Made by a program: the position numbers and the translations under genes. This document shows, piece by piece, positions 21,166 to 32,064 of a stretch of DNA of 64,000 nucleotides. Below the pieces are notes generated by a model. The model saw only the letters and a list, made by a program, of their open reading frames with translations. It was not told the DNA's origin and ran no database searches. The stretch lies in NCBI GenBank assembly GCA_026936335.1, contig JAPMXV010000052.1, positions 62,001 to 126,000 on the forward strand. The letters are read 5' to 3'. Each line of letters opens with the position of its first letter. Position 1 is the stretch's first letter. The DNA comes from Mantamonas sphyraenae STR306. Taxonomy: Eukaryota > Protista > CRuMs.

Positions 21166-21710
21166 GGGAGGAAGAGGAGGACGCACCTTTGTTGAGGACA
21201 GACTCGTTAAACTTGGGGGGCAACTGGGTCACCTGGTGGCAGATGTAGCAGCGAAACGAGGTGGAGGTTGCGGGAAAGCTGTTGGCGGAGCCGCAGAGGC
21301 GACAATTGGCCTGGGCCTTGGTTTGCGTGATCTGGCCACACTGGGCACACTGTACAGCAGGGGCATCCTCAGGGTGGTAGAGAAGCACTCTGGAGGATGG
21401 ACAGATGCAAGAATGGAAGTGGGAGGCACGTGTGTGAGTGGCAGACGGGGAGGGAGAGCGAACAATGGAGAAGGGTCGGGCAGTTGCGGCGTTGGGAAAC
21501 GCGCAACGACGGAACGCACCTGCAGCCTGAGCATCGTGTTTTCACTTGTGGCTTGAGCTTCATGACGGTTTCGCACGATCCACACTTGACCAGTTGTACA
21601 TTGATGGGCACCTGCAGCTGTGTGTGGCAGCTGACGCAAGTGATGATCGTCGTGTCCTGCTGCTGCTGCCGCTGCGAGTGGCTGCGACCGGGGAACGAAC
21701 TCGAAGACAT
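18321..21710 (-). CDS. HECT E3 ubiquitin ligase (UBE3A/HECTD2-like) with N-terminal LSD1-type zinc fingers; multi-exon, apparent frameshift ~20555
   Basis: HECT: LRVRRNHIIEDAL...FAGEEGIDAGGLQKEFF...FTTGSDRVP...LPMSATCFNELLLPEY...EGFG. N-terminal CxxC-x14-CxxC repeats at ~21230-21640, linked by GT-AG introns. Confidence 0.88.
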
Positions 21711-21804
21711 TGACACCGTTCTTTCACCTGAATGAACCGACTCAGGGAATGAAAGGGGGGAACGGTGCGTTGGAGATTGGTTGCATTCCTTCTCGCGGCG
21801 GCTC

Positions 21805-22314
21805 TCAGAACCCGCCCTGGATGCCCTCGTGGCCACGCTTGGTGCATCGCATGTACTCTTCCTCCTCTGTCAGAGCCTTGCGGCGAATGGGAGACCAACG
21901 AGACGCGGGCTTGGGAGCCACCTTGCCTCCTGGAGGACTGTTCTGCACGCGTGCGGTTCCGAGCGTCATGGAGCCAGCTGCCAAGGCTGCTTCCAGCTGC
22001 TTCTGGAACAGATCGTTGCTCTCCTTTGCCGAAGCCAGAGGACTGGACGACGAGGAGGCCACAGGCGCAGGCGCAGGTGCAGGCGCAGACACAGTTGCCG
22101 CCTTGGGCTTGCGGATCTTGCTCCCACGCGACGTCGGTGCTGCCAGACGGCTCACCTTGGCAGGGACAGGCTTCTGCTCCACCACCAATTCCTCCTTCTG
22201 CTCAGGCTCGGCGATGGCTTCCTCTTCGATGGGATCCGTGGGAGACGAGCTGTCCTCGATCTCGAAGGCGTCCTCGTCGGTCTGCAGTTCTTCAGCGTCC
22301 GCACTTGCAATGAA

Positions 22315-22351
<37 letters not shown>

Positions 22352-24252
22352 TCTTCATCGAGTGTCTGGGCACTACCTTCAGGGTAGGCAAACGTCTCAG
22401 GCAGCTCCTGCTGTTGCTCCTGCTCTTGCTCCTGCTGCTCATCCTTGCTGTCGTCGTCGTCGTCGACCTTGCGCTGCTTGGGCGGCGAGAGGGTTTCAGC
22501 ATCGCTGTCGCACTCTGCTTCAAAGATGTCATCCCGCAGACGCTTGCGGATCATGGGCTTGCGCACGCGTTTCACGGGGCGCCGGAAGGAGGAAACCGAG
22601 GTGTTGAGCTCATCCTCGCCCCCAGACACAGATGATACAGATGAATCGAGCATGCTGTACGAAAAGGTGTTGTTGAGACGCGACTTGATGGACTTGACCG
22701 CACTCTTGGGCGATCCAAACAGCCGCGAGACTCCCGTGGGTCGGCGCAGACTACCCATACGCGACCCTCCGCCTTGCTTGCGAGCCGAAGTGACCTTGGG
22801 TGCAGGCAAGCGCGACTCGCCGCCAAACACAGACGTGTTGGCAGCCGACGAGCCAAACGCAAGCTCCATGGCCAGCTCCTTCTTCTCTTCCGCCTCGTCC
22901 TCCTCCTCGGGCTCCGCCGTCCACGACTGGAAGCGTGTCTTGAGGGAGGTGCCGGGTGAAGGCGTTCCTGTAAACGTGCGCGGTTTCACCACGGGCGTAT
23001 GCGACTGCGACACTGGTGTGTGAGCATGGCGGAACTTTTCCGTCGTGCTCATCTCGGGACTGAGCATCACGTCCACCTCCAGATCCACCACGGTGTCCTC
23101 CTTCTCCTCCGTCTCCATCTCCTCTTCCTTCCCATCATCCTCCTGCGCTGTCTCCTCGTCCATCTGCTGGGCCACCGGGTGCGACGCAGAACTCTCCACG
23201 GCAGGTTGCTCCTCCTGCACACGTGCCTCTTCCTCCTCGCCCTGCGCCTTTTTCTTCTCCTGTTGCAGTTCCTTGCGTACCATGGCAAAGATGGAAGCAA
23301 TCTTGGACTTGGGCTTTGTGTGGGTGCCTTGGGCACCCGCAGCCTTGGTTCCGAGCAGGGGCGATGACTCGTGGCGGTGCTGGTGGGTCAGGTGGTGCAT
23401 GTTGATGACAATGTCGTCGTCGAGCACAATGGAGCCGGCACTGGAGTTGAGCGAGATGGCACTAATGTTCAGGCTGTGATCTCGGCTCGACGGGGCAGGC
23501 GAAGGCGGCTCCAGATCCACCACGGTATCATCCAATCCAGGGGTGCCCTTGGGTGAAAACAGTGTGTGCAACACACTGCGTTTCGGGGTCACCGTGTCTG
23601 GGGTCACCGCAACGGCTGCACGACTCAGGTCGCGTTGGTTGACGGGAGTGTTTTCTTGATCGCCAGCGAGGATGGACATGCCACCCTTGGTGGCACTCTT
23701 GACTGGTGTCTGCATGCGTGCAAGCATCTTTTGCTGCTTCACGGCACTCTTCTTGGTCTTCTTGGCGCTCTGCGTGGCCAGAAGGGTGCTGCTTGCCGAG
23801 CGAGCACTCATGGTCACGCTGCGGTGCTTGTTGCTCGTCGATGCCACGGGTGTCTCGTAGTTGAACAGAGTGGCTGCCTCCTTGTCGTCTGCTCCAGGTG
23901 TGTCCAGCAGAGAGTAGCCAGGCGATGACTTGCTGAGGGTGGAAAACCACAAGATGCTCTCGCGCTTCTTGCTCTTCTTGCTTTTCTTGCCGCTGTTGCG
24001 TGCCATGTGCTGGCGCAGCTTCTTCGAGGCCGACGATCCAATCGTGGCCATTTTGGGCGTGCCTGTGTGTGTGTGCACGTGTGTGTGGGCCGTGTGTGTG
24101 AGCGTGGCTGCCGCGCACCGGGGCGAACGGATTTCTGTGCACGCACCTCGCTTTGGCGTCGTCGTGGCCGTTTGCAGGAGCAGTTGCTGCTCTCCTTCGT
24201 CGGCCAAGGCCGAGAGGTCGAATACGTCGTCGACATCCATAAGGTCGTTCAT
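21805..24252 (-). CDS. Large low-complexity, disordered hypothetical protein (many S/T-P sites)
   Basis: 845-codon frame, likely ATG at 24252 and a CA-rich intron at ~24063-24146; no recognisable domain. Confidence 0.6.
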
Positions 24253-24349
24253 GCTGTGTGTATGTGCGTGTGTGTGTGCGGGTGGAAAATGTCTTGGGTG
24301 CGCGTTCGCGCCAAAACCATCACGTTCAAATCCGCAAAGCAACGGTTAC

Positions 24350-25007
24350 ATGTCAGGGGGCGGGGAACAGGGAGTGCGCGCCACCAAGCTGCAGCAAGCA
24401 GCGGACAAGTGTGCATCGATGGTGTTCAAAAAGATGGATGCAGCTGCCTTTGCAGCATTGTTCCCCAAGTGGGACGACGAGCAGGAGCTGCACAAGCTGC
24501 ACGGCAAGATGCGCAAGCAATTCCACAAACGCTTCCTCGAGGAGCTGAACAAGCTGCACAGCGACCACGACATGCTGCAGCATCTCAACGAACTCGACAC
24601 CCTCTTCTTCGAGAGCAAGGTCGAGGCGTACAGTCAAAGCGAGTATGTGGGGGCAGAAGAAGCGAGAGCGCGCTTGCGATGTGGACGTCGTTTTTCACGC
24701 TGACACGAACCACACCCATCCTTCGGGCTCCCGCCGTTGCCACAGACTGGGCATTTCGTTTGAAACGACAGAGTCTCAGGTGCAGAACGCGCAGCTGGCA
24801 GTGCTGCGGAAGGAGCTGGAGTCGCTGCGCGCCGAGGTGCAGGACGTTGGCAAGGAAAACGAGGAGCTGACGCAGCGGGTGCAAGCCAAGAGGGAAGCAG
24901 CAAAGGAGTGCGTGGAGATTCTGGTGCAGGTGGACGATGACATGGCCCAGTGTGGTGCTGTGGTGACTGGATGGGACGTGGACGGGTTGACAACCGAGGT
25001 GATTTGA
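24350..25007 (+). CDS. PMF1: Kinetochore MIS12-complex subunit PMF1/Nnf1-like
   Basis: FAALFPKW...FLEELNKLHSDHDMLQHLNELDTLFFESK followed, after an intron, by a coiled coil; fits the Nnf1 pattern. Confidence 0.6.
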
Positions 25008-25037
25008 GTGCGCAACGACGAATGAATGTACTGGTGC

Positions 25038-25619
25038 TCACATGGTCTCCTCCGTGGTGCCGACGCCGTCTTGCTTGCCCTTCCGTGCCTGTACCTCCTC
25101 AAACACCTTTCGGTTGAGCTCCTCGAGCTCCTGGTCACCTTCAACGGCCTCGACGCTCTCAACCTCGGGGACGTAGTGCATGAGCATGTTCTCAATGCCC
25201 ATCTTGAGTGTAATGGATGAGGATGGGCAGCCCACACATGAGCCCTGCATCTGCAGGTACACAACACCGTCCAGGAACTGCTTGAAGACAATGTCGCCGC
25301 CGTCCTCCTGGACGGTCGGGCGGATGCGTGTCTCCAGCAGGTCTTTGATTGTGGCCACAATCTCATCGTCTTCCTCGTCCGGCGCCGTGTCTTCGGGTGC
25401 CTTGTCCTCTGTAAACAATGGACGTCCTGTGGAGTAGAAATCCATCACGGCGGCAAAGATTTCCGGCTTGAGGATGCCCCACTCGTGGTCCTCCTCAATG
25501 GTTACTGTCACAAAGTCGGGACCATAGAACACGTTGCGCACCCCCGGAATGCGAAACAGCCTCAGTGCAAGCGGAGACGCGTATGCGGCCTGCACGTTGT
25601 CAAACGAACGTGTGCCTGC

Positions 25620-25655
<36 letters not shown>

Positions 25656-26038
25656 TGAGTGTGTGCCACAGGTGGAGAGGGGAGGGAAGGTGGGAGGAGG
25701 GAATGGTACGTACCCTGGCCCATGATCTCCTCGCCGGGGTAGAACTTGAGACTCTGCGGATTGGGCGTAGGTTCCGTCTGGATAAACATCGAGCGGTGGC
25801 CAGTGGGAGCCTCGAGAGCCGCAAGGAGACCCGCATTGGATGCAGTCGAGTGTGTGGATTGCATGCCGAGTGTGCTGCGTGACGCTTTGTGACTGCTAAA
25901 GAGACCCGCACGCAGCGGCGTTTGCACACGCGTGCTCATGGCGCGGCGAGACAACCCTGTGCCACGCACAATGCGCACCGATGTGCGCACACTGGAGAGG
26001 GTGGATGACGTGGACGAGCGAACTGTGCGTGTGAACAT
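25038..26038 (-). CDS. NFU1: Mitochondrial Fe-S scaffold NFU1 (2 exons)
   Basis: Arg/Ser-rich presequence, [52 protein letters not shown]. Confidence 0.95.
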
Positions 26039-26543
26039 TGTGCGAGAGGAGCGGGATTTTGTTGGCGGACGGGTCGCTGCCTTTCCGACGCGACGTGGCC
26101 GTGCCAGACGACAATGTGCAACGCATGAGCGTTTGCCTCACGCGCACACGGTGTGCGTGTGACCCCTGGGCAGCTTGCGACCCACGATGAGTTCGTGTTT
26201 GTTTCACAAGGCCGTCATGGGGGCGGTGGGGCTGCTCGCGGCTGCACACGCCGCTGGCTACAGCTTCACGTGCGTCGTTGTTCACGCTCACAATGGAAAG
26301 AGAGTTCAGCACCAACGGAGGCCCCATCCAGAGCTGCCTCCCAAACACGTGCCGCCGTGTCTGCGTGTCTGCGAGCAGGGGGTGGCGGGTTTGTGCTTGG
26401 TTTTTGTGCGTCGTCGGATCAGGGCAAGACATGAAAAGGTTCCGACCCAACGACAAAAAACCCGCCTCGCCCCACGAGTTCATACAGAGGCGGCACAGGG
26501 GATGCAACCGGAGCTGAGAACGGCCTTGCGTGTGTGTGTGTGT

Positions 26544-27065
26544 TTAGGCCATGGCCTCCTTGATCTTGGCGGCCCAAACGTCGTCAAAGTTGACCACAAG
26601 GTCCCACTTGAGCTTGCGCGGGGGACCCAGCTTGTGGCCGTCAAAGACGAGGGTCTCCTTGTCACCGTTGACCACAGTGAGGTTGAAGGAGCCGTAGCGG
26701 GGTTTGCTGGTGTTGTGCTCCACGGGCACGTCGGGAAAGTGCGCCGCCAGCGATTTGATCAGTTTGTTCGTCTTGCTCTTGTACGTGGATCACGAGGCGG
26801 ATTCCTCAAGCACAAACTTTGTGCCACTGGATGCGCCTGCGCCCACCGAGGAGGTGGAGGAAGAGGCGGTGGATGCCTCCTTCTTCACCTGCTTCTTCTT
26901 TCCACCGGTGCTCTTCTTCGTGCTGCTGCTGCTCTTCTTCTTCTTGGCGTCCTCCTCCACACGCTGTTTCTTCTCCACTTCGCCCTGTTCATTGCTGGCC
27001 GCCACTTCCGCTTCTTCCTGGCTGCGCTTCTTGGCTGCACGTGGCAGGCGTTCTCGCGTCGACAT
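26544..27065 (-). CDS. SELENOH: Selenoprotein H-like (Rdx family) with in-frame UGA (Sec) at 26790-26792
   Basis: Lys-rich N-terminus, FVLEESAS-TGA-STYKSK; the frame continues ...NTSKPRYGSFNLTV...KLGPPRKLKW, matching SelH motifs KPRRGSFEV and KGPPRKLKF. Confidence 0.85.
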
Positions 27066-27243
27066 TTCTTTCTCTTTGGCGTCTGAGCGCACGCAGAGAT
27101 GAAACCATGGTGCATTGTGTGCCACAGACAGACAACCCCTCCTTCCTCCTACGCCCCACACAACCCTCGCTTCCATCTATCCATGTGCCATCAACCGTGC
27201 ATGCTCCATCGCAGCCAAAGTGCGCAGAACAGGGAGGCCCGCC

Positions 27244-28808
27244 ATGGTTGTGTCGGTGCTCATCCTGGCCCTCATGTACACTGTACTTGCAGTGGCTGTG
27301 GTCTACATTGTGGCCAAGTTTGTGTATTATCAGCACGATCTGCGCTCGTTCGGCTTTGCCACGCTCGTGTGTCTGGCCTTTTGGGCTCTCCTCCGCGTCA
27401 TCTACTTTTGGCTGCTCCTTGCAGGCACTGTGGACCGCTTGGATTCGTTCATGCACACCCTTCTGTATTGGTGAGTTACGCCTGCGTGTCTGCTGTGCTG
27501 CTCGCCAACGCCGGATTGCTTGGCCCGCCCTCCCACCACCCTTTCCGAAACCCCCTCCACAAGGCCATGGTCTCATGGGCTCCTGCTGACACAGACCACC
27601 CGTTGCACAGGATCCCCACCAACATTGAGTTTGCCACCTTTTCGCTGCTCATCCCTCTCTACGCCGAGAACATCTACAAACAAGGTGCGTTCCGGAGAGA
27701 CCATTCACGCGGCGCAAATTGCACCCCTTTGCCTCCCCGCAGCCAGCACTGACACACATGCATCGCTGTGAACACACCCTTGTCTGTGCTTGATAACCCA
27801 CACACGTGTGTAGACACATGGGAGAACAAATACCGCAACACATTCCTGCACGGCTGGGTGGTGGTGAACCTGGCCTTTTTGGTGCTCACCATTGTCTGGG
27901 TCAACGCCCTGGATGCGCAAACGGACGTGGAGGCCATTTACACGCTGGTGTCCCTGCGCATCCTGTTTACAGGCATCCTGTTTGTCACCCTGAGTGTGTG
28001 GCTGGCGGTGTACGCCTGGAAGCTGCGCACGCAGGCCAACAGCCGCGCCGTCAGCCAGACCAAGTTCCAAAAGTACTCCAAGGAGACACGCGTCATGGTG
28101 GTGGCCCTCATTCTCGGCGGCCTCTTTCTCACACGGGCCATCTACGACGGTGCAAGCACGTTTGGGCTCATGCGAGCCAGCATCGAGTCGGACATGGCCA
28201 ACGAGGAACTGGAGAGCTTCCTCATCTTTCTCTTTTTCGAGTGGCTCCCATCGCTGCTCCTTCTGTACATTATGCGCATCAACAAGACCAACATCGGCCT
28301 GGCCTCGGGCTACTTTGCCGTCGAGCACGACGTCATGCCTCAGGGCCTGTACACAAGCACCAGCATCCAGGACCAGAGTGGCTCCGTGTACCCACCCCCG
28401 TCCACCCTCTTCAACAACCCGAGCAGGTACGATTCCGACGACGAGACCGGCTCCCAGCCGGGTTCCCTGAACAGCAACCACGGCAGTGGGGGAGGCGGCA
28501 GTTCCGTGGGGGCAAGCAGTGCAAGCACCCAGCCGGTCAACAGCTGGCTGCAGACCACAGGCTCCATGGGGGGAGCCTCGGGCACAGGCACATCCATCGG
28601 CACGGGAGGCAGCTCGCTGGTGGGTTCCCATCGGGCAAACACCACCTACGGCAGCATGGGCTCCTTCGTCCCCAACCTCAACCCGGCCAGCGACTCCTTC
28701 ACAAAGAGCCCCCAGCTGCCAAAGTCGTTCCGCTCAATGCGCAAGGGTAGGCTCGTAAGCACCGATTCGACCGGTGGAGGTGCAAACACAGGCGCTGGGG
28801 GAATGTAA
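27244..28808 (+). CDS. GPR137: GPR137/TM7SF1-like 7TM protein (3 exons)
   Basis: LVCLAFWALLRVIYF, IPTNIEFATFSLL, FEWLPS and the C-terminal motif FNNPSRYDSDDE. Confidence 0.8.
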
Positions 28809-28866
28809 TGGGTGATTTTGGAACGCGCCTTGAAACGCAAGAAAAAACCCAGCTTTGATTCCCACA

Positions 28867-29262
28867 ATGTCGGACGAGCAACAGCAAATCGTGCAACAGA
28901 CCATTGGAGACCGTGAGGAGGTGGAATTCCCCGTGCAGGAGGATGAGTTTGTAGGTTTTTAGTGGTGGCCGTTGAAATCACCGCAAACACACCTTTTTTC
29001 CCGCTGACATGTCCCTCGGGAGCAGGTGGTGCAACAGACAGTTAGTGGTGGACAGTTTCTTGTCAACGAGAGCGACGACGGAGAGTTCCAAGTCCAGCAG
29101 GTCTCTGACGGGGGTGGATTCGTCGAGCAGTCGGCCGGGTACTGGAACCCGCGCTGGTGCACAGCCACCATGGGCGGCGTGTGCCATTACAACGCGGAAG
29201 ATGTCTGCAAGCAGTGCCACGTCTCACGCGCGGACAAGCAGGCACAGATTGCCAACGAATAG
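28867..29262 (+). CDS. Small hypothetical protein with VQQT repeats and a Cys/His tail (2 exons)
   Basis: MSDEQQQIVQQTIGDREEVEFPVQEDEF | gtagg...ctgac...cag | VVQQTVSGG...WCTATMGGVCHYNAEDVCKQC. Confidence 0.45.
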
Positions 29263-29315
29263 CCGGCGGGGTGCGTCCAGAGAGCGCGAGGCCGTCAAGC
29301 CAAAAAAAAACGAGG

Positions 29316-29888
29316 ATGTCGGAAGCCGACTCTGAACCCGTTGCCACCCGTTGCCACGGCTCTTGCCACTGTGGAAAGGTTTCGTTCAGCTTTGAAACGT
29401 ACACACCGTACCCGTTCATGTGGTGTTGGTGTGGCATCTGCCGCAAGACCACGGGAGGCGGTGGCTGCGCCATCAACATCATGGGTGTTGCGTCCACGCT
29501 GGAAATCAACGACGAAGAAGGCGTCCTGAAGCAGTACAACACCGTTGACGACAATGGGGAAAAGTCCACACAAGACAGACACTTTTGTGGCTTCTGCGGC
29601 AGCCACTTGTGGGCATGGAACGTCAAGTACGGGGAAAACGTTTACCCCTTGGCAGCGGCCATCGACACTCCTCTGCCCCCCGTCCCACCCGGTCTTTCGC
29701 ACAGCCTGATGATCAACTACATCGTGCCCTGGGGCGTTGTTCCTGACGACCACACTCAACACGGGGAGTACCCAGATATTGGCCTCAAGCAGTGGCACGA
29801 AAAGCACGGCCTGTACGGGAAGCCCTGGCTTGACGATGACGGCAACCTCCTCGAGAGTGTCATCGAGGCAGGCAAGAAGAAGGAATGA
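29316..29888 (+). CDS. GFA/CENP-V family zinc protein
   Basis: GSCHCGKVSF, CWCGICRKTTG, RHFCGFCGSHLW. Confidence 0.88.
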   Translation: MSEADSEPVATRCHGSCHCGKVSFSFETYTPYPFMWCWCGICRKTTGGGGCAINIMGVASTLEINDEEGVLKQYNTVDDNGEKSTQDRHFCGFCGSHLWAWNVKYGENVYPLAAAIDTPLPPVPPGLSHSLMINYIVPWGVVPDDHTQHGEYPDIGLKQWHEKHGLYGKPWLDDDGNLLESVIEAGKKKE

Positions 29889-29979
29889 CAAACAAATGCA
29901 TCGTTGGATTGTTGGCGAAAACCCATTACTTTGCGTCCACAGGCACGCGCATGGATTCCCTCAGCAGCAACTTCCCTCT

Positions 29980-31188
29980 TTAAAGAGCGGGCTCGGCGCA
30001 CACAGCACCCGAGTCGATGCCGCAGTTGTTCTCGCCGCGCACAATCCAGAAGTAACCGTTCTGGCCCCAGGACGTGCCCCACGAGTTGGCAATGATCCAG
30101 TACTTCTCGCCTGCGCTGGTGGTGCCCCAGCCGGTGATGCGGATGGCATGGCCACCCAGGAACGAACCCGTAGTGTGCTTGTACACACCGCTCTTGTAGG
30201 ACATAAAGTCCTGGTACACGGACATGGTGCCTTCCACGGAGCCACCCTCCATCAGAGCCTTCTGGATCGCAGACTCGCTCTCCAGATGCTTGGCAGACAG
30301 GAACTTGGCCTTGTAGCGCTTGTCCGAGGCCGACGAGTTGGTGCACGAGTGCGGGCACGATCCGCTGTCGCCCTTGCCGCTGGTGTACGGCAGGCACTCC
30401 AGAGTGCGGATGCCCTTCAGCTCAATGTAGTCCATGGCCAGACCCGGGATGCCACCACCGCAACCGTGGTTACCCTCGATGTCGCAGCTCACCAGATCCT
30501 GGGGAGACAGCTCAACCTTGACCGTGCCGTTGCTGTACGTGCAGAAGCGGTCGCTCATCGACTCGGCTGCGCCAAACGCCCAGCACGAACCACTGTCGTG
30601 CACACACACACATGTCCAAATCGTGTCAGCATTGTGCCTGCATCCGTCTACTCGCCCTTATCACCATCAACACACACTGTCCAGCTCTCCACGCTCCGCG
30701 AGCGCCGCAGACGTCCGGTAGCCGGAAATCGCAGCGTGGATTTTTTTGGCTCCGTTGACGGTTGGCGCCTTTGCCACGCCGCCACAGCCGTCCACAACGC
30801 CCACGACGCCTGAACTGCCTTCCCTCACACCGCATCCACCTCTGCCAACATACCACTGCTCCTGATTGAGGATGCGGGTCACGCATCCTGGCCACTTGTC
30901 GTCCACAGAGAAATGAGAGGGAGCGTCCTGGATGGGCTCGCCCTTCTGCAGCTTGGAGCACGCCAGCTGGTGCTCATCCAGGTTCACACCCAGCATGCGC
31001 TTGGCATCGGCCACGCTCATGCCCTCGAAGCGGGGCGAGCGGTGGGCCAGCCAGTGCACCGTCGGGTCGTGGTTCACGCGAGCAATCAGGTCGTCGTCCA
31101 GCACAGGCTGCTCACCGCCGTACAAGTGCTGCGACGCATCAATCAGGCTTGCGCCCACAATCAGCAAAACAAACACAAAGCTCTTCAT
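29980..31188 (-). CDS. CTSB: Cathepsin B-like papain-family cysteine protease (2 exons)
   Basis: Signal peptide, ILNQEQC|GSCWAFGAAE, GGHAIRITGWG, YWIIANSWGTSWGQNGYF; intron ~30594-30854. Confidence 0.92.
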
Positions 31189-31312
31189 CGTAGATTCGGT
31201 GTTGTTTCTTTTTCGTTGTGTGGTGCGGCGCTTCCTCGCTCACACACACACACACACAGACACACACACAGACACACACACAGACAACCTCTCTCCCTCC
31301 TCCTCCTCCTCA

Positions 31313-31907
31313 TTACACTGCCACAGGCGGTGCATAGTCTTCCAAATCTTCGTCTTCGTCCAACTCGTCGTCCACGTCCTCGTCCAGCTTGCTGTAGCGC
31401 TGGTCCTTGTTGCGGAACATGCCGCGGGGCTTGTTGCCCTGCTGCACACCCGAGGAGGAGGCATCATTGCCTCCCCACCCTTGCCTCCGCTCTCGTTCTG
31501 TCCCAACCTCCACCCACCCCCAATCCCTTCCTCCTTTCTCCGTTCCTGGTTGCACAGAACCCCCCCCACTCCCTCCGCTTCCGGCGCCCTCGCCCACACT
31601 TTCAACCCCTTCGCAGCGCAGAGATGGCTATCCAAATAATGTATGCAATCCACGCCAGCATAATACTCCCCAGAGCCGCGCGTGCTTGGAAGCAAGGGTC
31701 GCGCATCGTTGCCCTCCAGCCTGTGGGTGTCCCGTCTCCGGTCAACATCGCCACGTGCTCCTTCATCTCTTCATCGTCGTCGTACATCATCGTCTCCCCC
31801 TTGTGCTTGCCTGCTCCCCTGTGGTTATCATCCTCCTCCGTCAGATACTCCTCTGGGGTCCTCCGCTGTTGCATCGGTTGGCCTTTCTGCAGAGTTGTCT
31901 CCCACAT
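31313..31907 (-). CDS. Small single-pass membrane hypothetical protein (probably 2 exons)
   Basis: Hydrophobic segment ALGSIMLAWIAYIIWIAISAL, then after a probable intron ...RYSKLDEDVDDELDEDEDLEDYAPPVAV*; exon boundaries uncertain. Confidence 0.4.
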
Positions 31908-32064
31908 CGCGCAGCAACCCCACCACACTCTGCCTCTCCTCCACTGCCCATCCTTTCCATTCCCTCGGTTCCTCCCTTCCTTCCCCTCCTTCCTTCCTTC
32001 CTTCCTTCCTTCCTTACCCTCCTCCAATCCTCCCTCGTCTCCCGCCAACGCACCCACCCCATCG

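Noticed and set aside
26161-26225. SECIS candidate AUGAC-N9-AAA hairpin on the minus strand
   Set aside because: The 5' side fits, but the 3' GA of the quartet is missing, so it is not called as a feature without a covariance-model search.
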